Below, in pieces: positions 58,682-64,000 of a stretch of 64,000 bases of DNA. Position numbers and translations under genes: made by a program. The notes below the pieces were generated by a model. The model had not been told where the DNA came from. It saw only the letters and a program-made list of their open reading frames with translations, and did not search any database. Numbering within the stretch: the stretch's first letter is position 1; every line of letters begins with the position of its first letter. Source of the stretch: Candidatus Multivoradales bacterium (GTDB lineage Bacteria > Acidobacteriota > Thermoanaerobaculia > Multivoradales > J023). The stretch lies in NCBI GenBank assembly GCA_965248925.1, contig CBDFLE010000006.1:4736001-4800000 (forward strand), written 5' to 3'.

Positions 58682-60073
58682 GTGAGTCGCAAGAGAAGAC
58701 CTGGCAAGGGCGCCAGCGGCCCAGCTCGCAAGCCCTCTCGCCCGCGCCGGCCAAAGGATCGAACCCGCCGCTCGACCGTTGGGCATTGGCTCGATAGCCT
58801 GGCGCCGCTGGGTGCCGGCGCGCTGCTCATGGTGCCACCGCTAGTGTTTTCACCGCAGGCTTACGACGCTTTTCGCTTGCCCAAGATGCTGCTCGGCGAG
58901 GGTCTGGCGGTGGTGGCCCTATTGCTGCTGCTGCCTCGCTTGCGCCATGTCGACAAGATTGACTGGCGAGCGCTGGCCCGCCATCCCGCGCTGTGGGCAG
59001 CGTTGCCCCTAGCGGCGGTCTCCGCCTTCGGTCTGTTGGCTAGCTCCTATCCACACCACCTCTACCGGGCGCTACCTCCCTGGCTGCTTGGATTGGCTTG
59101 CGCGGTCGGTTGGAGTCTCGGCCTGCAACCCCGAGAGCAACGCTGGTTGTGGCGCGCCACCATTGTGCCGGGAATGGTCTTGGCGCTACTGGGTATTTTG
59201 CAATTCCACGGTTGGTATCAGCCGCTGGAGTTTAGCCAGCAGATTGGCGAGCGCTTGCAAGTCACTTCGTTGGCCGGCGGCGCTTTTGACTTGGCGGCTT
59301 TTCTACTGCTGCCTTGCCTGGCCGCGCAGGCGGCGGCTTGGAGTGCCTCGGGTTGGCGCCGCTGGGCCTGGTGGCTGGCTCTGGCGATCTGCCTCTATGG
59401 CATCGCGGCGAGCCAGACCCTGTCGGTGCTGCTGGTGCTAGGGGTGGCCACCGGGGTGCTGTGGTGGCAGTTGCTGCCCCGGCGCAGGGTGGTGCAGGGG
59501 TTGGCAGCCCTGGCCGGGCTCGGCTTGCTGCTGACCTTGGCGGTGACGCCGTTGCGCCAACGAGTGGTACGCAAGGCCGCTGAATTGTCCTCGGGCGAGA
59601 TCAACCGCGTGCTGAGTGGCCGGTTTGACGGTTGGCGCGCCGCTTGGTGGATGTTCACGGAGCAGCCGCTGAGCGGTGTAGGCCATGGTGCATTCCGTGC
59701 TGAGTACGGCAGCGCGCGATTGCAGCTTAGCGCCCGCGGAGTGCAATTCTCCCGCTTTCAGCATCAGGTTTTTTTTACCCATGCTCACAATGAGTACCTG
59801 CAAGCCTTGGCGGAATGGGGGGGGCTGGGGTTACTCGCCATGCTGTGGGCGGGGGGAATGATCTGCCGCAGTTTGGCCGCCAAGCTGCGGCATTTACCGA
59901 GGAGCGGACCGCAGGGGCGTCTACAGGCTGCTGAGCTGCTTTCGATGGTGGTCGCCGTGGCCCTGCTGGCGGCGGTTAACTTTCCTCTCCACCTGGCTAT
60001 TTGCGGCTTTCCGATCGCTCTGCTGTTCGCTGCCGTGCTGCGCCCGACCGGCGCTGTCGGGGAGCCGGCGTGA
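58682..60073 (+). CDS. O-antigen ligase (Wzy_C) family protein
   Basis: About 12 TM helices; GR...W..AWWMF.EQPLSGVGHGAF, HAHNEYLQALAEWG. Confidence 0.9.
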   Translation: MSRKRRPGKGASGPARKPSRPRRPKDRTRRSTVGHWLDSLAPLGAGALLMVPPLVFSPQAYDAFRLPKMLLGEGLAVVALLLLLPRLRHVDKIDWRALARHPALWAALPLAAVSAFGLLASSYPHHLYRALPPWLLGLACAVGWSLGLQPREQRWLWRATIVPGMVLALLGILQFHGWYQPLEFSQQIGERLQVTSLAGGAFDLAAFLLLPCLAAQAAAWSASGWRRWAWWLALAICLYGIAASQTLSVLLVLGVATGVLWWQLLPRRRVVQGLAALAGLGLLLTLAVTPLRQRVVRKAAELSSGEINRVLSGRFDGWRAAWWMFTEQPLSGVGHGAFRAEYGSARLQLSARGVQFSRFQHQVFFTHAHNEYLQALAEWGGLGLLAMLWAGGMICRSLAAKLRHLPRSGPQGRLQAAELLSMVVAVALLAAVNFPLHLAICGFPIALLFAAVLRPTGAVGEPA

Positions 60074-60756
60074 AGGGGTGGCAGCTAGCTGTGGTGCTCA
60101 CCGCGGCGCTCGGCGCGCTGCTAGTGTGGCAACTCGGGAGAGCCCATCGACGCTGGCAGGCGAGCCGTATCTTGCGCACCGTCGAGGCGGTGACTCAGCG
60201 GGTCCAAGAAGCTGGTTCGACGGTGCCGCCGCGGGTGCGACAGCAGCTGTTGCAGCGCAACTTGGAGATTCTCAAACAGGCTGCTGAGCAGGCTCCTGAT
60301 GAGGTTACCAACCTGGTGCTGCGCGGTGGGCAATACTCCCTACTCGGTCGTCAGGAGCTAGCCCTGCGCAGCTATCGGCAGGCCCTGGCCCTCGAGCCTC
60401 GGGCCGAGATCTATCTCAACTTGGGGCATCTGCACTGGGCTCGGGAGGAGCGCGAAGAAGCTCGCCGAGCGTTCACTTTCGCGGGTTTTCTGGATCACTC
60501 TCAGGTGCCCTCTTTGCGCAAATTTTTTGCCGCTGGGGAGCGTCCCTGGGGTCATCCTCAGACCACCCTGGCGCCCCTGCTCGAGCCGTCGGGGCAGCTA
60601 TCGGCCAACGGCTCGGTCAGTGGTGGTGGAGTCGCTGGCGGTGGCGCTGGCGAGATCGGTGGCAAGAATGGCGAGTCGACCCCGAAGCGGTCGGGAAATA
60701 CGCGGGGACCCCGCTTGAACCGCCCAGCCAAGCGCGGGCAAGGAGGCATTGGATGA
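60070..60756 (+). CDS. Membrane-anchored TPR protein
   Basis: N-terminal TM; ALRSYRQALALEPRAEIYLNLG; GTGA coupling to the ligase. Confidence 0.75.
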   Translation: MKGWQLAVVLTAALGALLVWQLGRAHRRWQASRILRTVEAVTQRVQEAGSTVPPRVRQQLLQRNLEILKQAAEQAPDEVTNLVLRGGQYSLLGRQELALRSYRQALALEPRAEIYLNLGHLHWAREEREEARRAFTFAGFLDHSQVPSLRKFFAAGERPWGHPQTTLAPLLEPSGQLSANGSVSGGGVAGGGAGEIGGKNGESTPKRSGNTRGPRLNRPAKRGQGGIG

Positions 60757-62105
60757 GCAGCGAGGAGCAACCGGACGGCGAGGCTGGGAAACGGGTGGCG
60801 GAGTGGCGGCAGCGTCTTGGCCAGCATCAGGTGCAGCTCGGAGTGATCGGCTTGGGGTACGTGGGCCTGCCGCTAGCGCTGTCCTTTGCCGAACGTGGTT
60901 TTCGGGTGATCGGCTTCGATGTCGATCAGCGCAAGGTCGCGGCCTTGGCCGCGGGGCGGTCGTACATCGAGCATCTCGATCGCGGCCGGGTCAGCCAGGC
61001 GGTGGATGCCGGTCGGCTGCAAGCGACTAGCGATTTCGACCGTCTGAGCGAGCCCGATGCCTTGCTGATCTGTGTGCCGACACCGCTCGGTGCTTGTCGG
61101 GAGCCTAATCTCGACTTTGTCCGCGCCACTGGCGAGCAAATCGCTCGCCGGCTGCGCTCTGGTCAGCTGGTGATTCTCGAGTCGACCACCTATCCGGGCA
61201 CCACCGAGGAGCTGTTGGTGCCCTTGTTAGAGACCTCCGGGTTGCGCTGTGGCGAGGATTTCCACGTCGCTTTCTCGCCCGAGCGTGAAGATCCAGGCAA
61301 TAAAGAGTTTGGCACGACAGCCATTCCCAAGGTAGTGGGCGGTGTCGACCCGCTGGCCGGTGATCTCGCCGAAGCGCTCTATCAGCAAGCATTCGAGAAG
61401 ACAGTGCGGGTTTCTAGCGCTCGAGCCGCCGAAGCCACCAAGCTGATGGAGAATATTTTTCGCGCGGTCAACATCGCCCTAGTCAACGAACTGAAGACGG
61501 TTTACGCGGCGATGGATGTCGATGTTTGGGAAGTGATCGATGCCGCCGCCACCAAGCCCTTTGGTTTTATGAAGTTCACTCCCGGTCCCGGTTGGGGCGG
61601 GCATTGCATTCCGGTGGATCCTTTCTATTTGTCGTGGAAAGCGCGCGAGCATGGGCTGGAAGCGCGCTTTATCGAGCTGGCTGGCGAGATCTGTCGCGAG
61701 ATGCCGCGGCGGGTGGTGGATCATCTGCAGCGGGCGCTCAATGACCGCGGCAAGCCGGTCAAGGGGAGCAAGGTGCTGGTGCTCGGCATCGCCTATAAAC
61801 CGGATATCGACGATCCTCGCGAGAGTCCATCTTTTGAGCTCATCGAGCAATTGTTGCACCTCGGTGCCGAGGTCAGCTACTACGACCCGCACATTCCACA
61901 GGCACCCCGCATGCGCACTTGGCCGGATCTACCACCAATGCGTTCGGTGAAACTCAGCGGCGATCTGTTGGCGGCGCAGGACGCGGTGCTGTTGGCGACC
62001 AACCACTCGCAGGTGGACTACGACCAGGTGCTCAACCGAGCCCAAATGGTGGTGGATACCCGCGGCGTCTACCGCCAGCCGTCGGCCAAGGTGGTCCGCG
62101 CTTGA
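60753..62105 (+). CDS. Nucleotide-sugar dehydrogenase (WbpA/WecC-like)
   Basis: GLGYVG, CVPTP, ESTTYPGTT, SPEREDPGN, GGHCIPVDP. Confidence 0.93.
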   Translation: MSSEEQPDGEAGKRVAEWRQRLGQHQVQLGVIGLGYVGLPLALSFAERGFRVIGFDVDQRKVAALAAGRSYIEHLDRGRVSQAVDAGRLQATSDFDRLSEPDALLICVPTPLGACREPNLDFVRATGEQIARRLRSGQLVILESTTYPGTTEELLVPLLETSGLRCGEDFHVAFSPEREDPGNKEFGTTAIPKVVGGVDPLAGDLAEALYQQAFEKTVRVSSARAAEATKLMENIFRAVNIALVNELKTVYAAMDVDVWEVIDAAATKPFGFMKFTPGPGWGGHCIPVDPFYLSWKAREHGLEARFIELAGEICREMPRRVVDHLQRALNDRGKPVKGSKVLVLGIAYKPDIDDPRESPSFELIEQLLHLGAEVSYYDPHIPQAPRMRTWPDLPPMRSVKLSGDLLAAQDAVLLATNHSQVDYDQVLNRAQMVVDTRGVYRQPSAKVVRA

Positions 62106-63079
62106 GCAGCTCAGGGTCGTTGGCGGCCGCTTGGCGGGGTCGCCGGGTGATGGTGACCGGTGGGGCTGGTTTTATCGGCTCCCACTTGGTGGACGCCTTG
62201 GTCGCGGCGGGGGCCCTGGTAACCGTGCTCGATGACCTTTCCAACGGTCGGCGCGCCAATCTGAGTCGGGTGGCGGAGCAGATCTGCTTTCTCGAGGGCA
62301 GCTTGCTCGACCGGCAGCTGGTGCGGCAAGCGGTGGAGGGTGCCGAGTTGGTGCTACACCAGGCAGCGTTGGGTTCTGTACCCCGATCGATGCGCGATCC
62401 GGCGACCACGGTGGAGGTCAATGTTGCCGGCACGGCGATCGTCTTCGGGGCGGCGCGGGATGCCGGCGTTGGCCGGGTGGTCTACGCTTCGTCGTCGTCG
62501 GTCTATGGTGACAGCACGGAGATGCCGCGGCGTGAGGGAGTTGAAGGACGACCCCTGTCGCCCTATGCCCTGTCGAAGATGATGAATGAGCAGTTGGCCG
62601 AGGTCTTCGGAACTAGCTTTGGCATGCAGCTGATCGGCTTGCGCTATTTCAATATCTATGGTCCGCGGCAGAGTCCTGACGGCCCCTACGCGGCGGTGGT
62701 GCCGTTGTTTTTTGATGCTTATCGCCAAGGTACAGCGGCGATTATCCACGGCGACGGTGGGCAGAGCCGCGATTTCACCTGGGTGGGCGACGCCGTGCGG
62801 GCCAATCTGCTGGCGGCGGCGGCGCCGGCTGAGGCCTGCGGCCGGGCCTACAACGTGGGTGCCGGCATGGGGGTCTCGGTCAACCGTTTGGCGCGGCTGA
62901 TCCGTCAGTTGGTGGGAGCAGGTGTCGAGCCGACCCACGGGCCGCAGCGCGCTGGCGATGTGTACGACTCCCTGGCCGACTTGACGGCGATTGGCGAAGC
63001 TCTTGGCTACTGTCCAGGGGTATCCCTCGAGCAGGGGCTAGAACTCACCCACGCGGCGACAGATCAGCCGCTCCGCTGA
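62102..63079 (+). CDS. NAD-dependent epimerase (WbpP-like UDP-HexNAc 4-epimerase)
   Basis: TGGAGFIGS, HQAALGSVPRS, SSSSVYG, YALSK, LRYFNIYGPRQ. Confidence 0.92.
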   Translation: MSSSGSLAAAWRGRRVMVTGGAGFIGSHLVDALVAAGALVTVLDDLSNGRRANLSRVAEQICFLEGSLLDRQLVRQAVEGAELVLHQAALGSVPRSMRDPATTVEVNVAGTAIVFGAARDAGVGRVVYASSSSVYGDSTEMPRREGVEGRPLSPYALSKMMNEQLAEVFGTSFGMQLIGLRYFNIYGPRQSPDGPYAAVVPLFFDAYRQGTAAIIHGDGGQSRDFTWVGDAVRANLLAAAAPAEACGRAYNVGAGMGVSVNRLARLIRQLVGAGVEPTHGPQRAGDVYDSLADLTAIGEALGYCPGVSLEQGLELTHAATDQPLR

Positions 63080-64000
63080 TGCGCATCCTGTGGGTAGCCA
63101 CCAAGCCGCCTTGGCCACCGATCGATGGCGGTAGGTTGCTGGTTGACGGCACCCTGCGGGCCCTGGCCGCGGCCGGTGCGCGCCTGACTTTGGTGGTTCC
63201 TGATGGCGGTGTCGACCGGCCTGCGGTCGAGGCGGCTCTCGACGGCGTTTGCGAGCTTCATTGGGTGGCGGCACGGCGCCGATCGGTAGCAGCCGCGGTG
63301 TTTGCCGGGCTGAGTCAGCGCCTACCGCTGAGCGTGGCGCGGCATGCCTTGCCAGCAGTGCGGGCAGCGGTGGATCAGTTGTGCCGCGAACGTCGTTTCG
63401 AGGTGCTGCACGCGGAGCAGTTACAAGCTTTCTGGGCCACTTCCGGGACTGCCGGCAGCCTCTTGCCTCGGGTTCTGCGGGCGCAGAATGTGGAGAGTGA
63501 TCTGTGGCTTCAGGCAGCCAGCAGAAAGGCTCTGTTGGCACCGGTGATGGCTTGGGAAGGGCGCCGCCTGGCGGCTTGGGAAGGGGCCTCGGTGGCGGCC
63601 GCTGATCTGACCTTGGCGTTGACCGGGGAAGATTCTCAGCGCCTGGCCAAGCTGGCCGGAGGCGGCCGGCTGGAAGTGTTGGCGGCTCCCTTTGCCGAGC
63701 GGCTGCCAGCGGCTGAGCGGGTGCTGCCCGGCGCGCCGGCGATTGTCCTGTTGGGCAGTGCCGGCTGGTTGCCCAATCGGCTGGCCGGTGAGCATTTCGT
63801 GCGCACCGTTTGGCCGCGCTTGCGGCAGCGCCTGCCGCGGGCCGAGTTGCATGTTTTTGGCGACCTGCCGCTCGCCGGTGGTGCTCCGGCGCTGCATTTG
63901 CATCCACCGCTGGTGGATTCTCGGCAGGCGTTCGCGCCCGGATCGATCTTGGTGGTGCCGCTGCGCATCGCTTCCGGGGTGCGGATGAAGATTCTCGAAG
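63079..64000 (+). CDS. Glycosyltransferase family 4, 3'-truncated by window edge
   Basis: TGATG coupling; MRILWVATKPPWPPIDGG...; ends ...VVPLRIASGVRMKILE; absent from the ORF track because no stop falls inside the window. Confidence 0.85.
   Translation, partial: MRILWVATKPPWPPIDGGRLLVDGTLRALAAAGARLTLVVPDGGVDRPAVEAALDGVCELHWVAARRRSVAAAVFAGLSQRLPLSVARHALPAVRAAVDQLCRERRFEVLHAEQLQAFWATSGTAGSLLPRVLRAQNVESDLWLQAASRKALLAPVMAWEGRRLAAWEGASVAAADLTLALTGEDSQRLAKLAGGGRLEVLAAPFAERLPAAERVLPGAPAIVLLGSAGWLPNRLAGEHFVRTVWPRLRQRLPRAELHVFGDLPLAGGAPALHLHPPLVDSRQAFAPGSILVVPLRIASGVRMKILE

Noticed and set aside
1-64000. Many long Arg/Pro/Ala-rich alternative ORFs (e.g. 6745-7623, 23322-24266, 46009-46827, 63038-63907); also CRISPR arrays, tRNA and rRNA
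   Set aside because: The ORFs are shadow frames of real genes in GC-rich DNA. No repeat-spacer array, cloverleaf or rRNA signature was seen by eye.

Overview
GC-rich bacterial chromosomal window. The gene mix (ECF-sigma/CHAT remnants, HTH-TPR regulator, exosortase H, CRTAC1-like proteins, deltaproteobacteria-like chemosensory cluster) suggests Acidobacteriota, possibly Thermoanaerobaculia; this is inference only. From left to right: 5'-truncated MMPL transporter and LolA-like gene; DedA plus MerA-like flavoprotein; glnA; decayed ECF-sigma/CHAT-protease genes; a REP-doublet-like inverted repeat; a Septu-like ATPase-HNH pair; two divergent FG-GAP/ASPIC-UnbV paralogs; tryptophanase; an AraC-TPR regulator facing small ORFs with duplicated RBS contexts; a secreted metzincin gene interrupted by a complete IS66 element (26-bp IRs, 8-bp TSD); a chemosensory system with a porin and a periplasmic binding protein; an operon of a split, non-canonical transketolase and a KDDH-type RuBisCO-like protein; smc; exosortase H; pyrR-pyrB-pyrC' (inactive)-suhB; M23 peptidase; bactofilin-like gene; and the start of a surface-polysaccharide cluster. 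The best candidate for an undescribed system is the transketolase-like/RLP operon (39621-42699), whose active-site substitutions fit a new route for salvaging SAM by-products. Second is the AraC-TPR/small-peptide locus. I saw no rRNA, tRNA or CRISPR array. All family calls come from motifs read by eye; no database searches were run.
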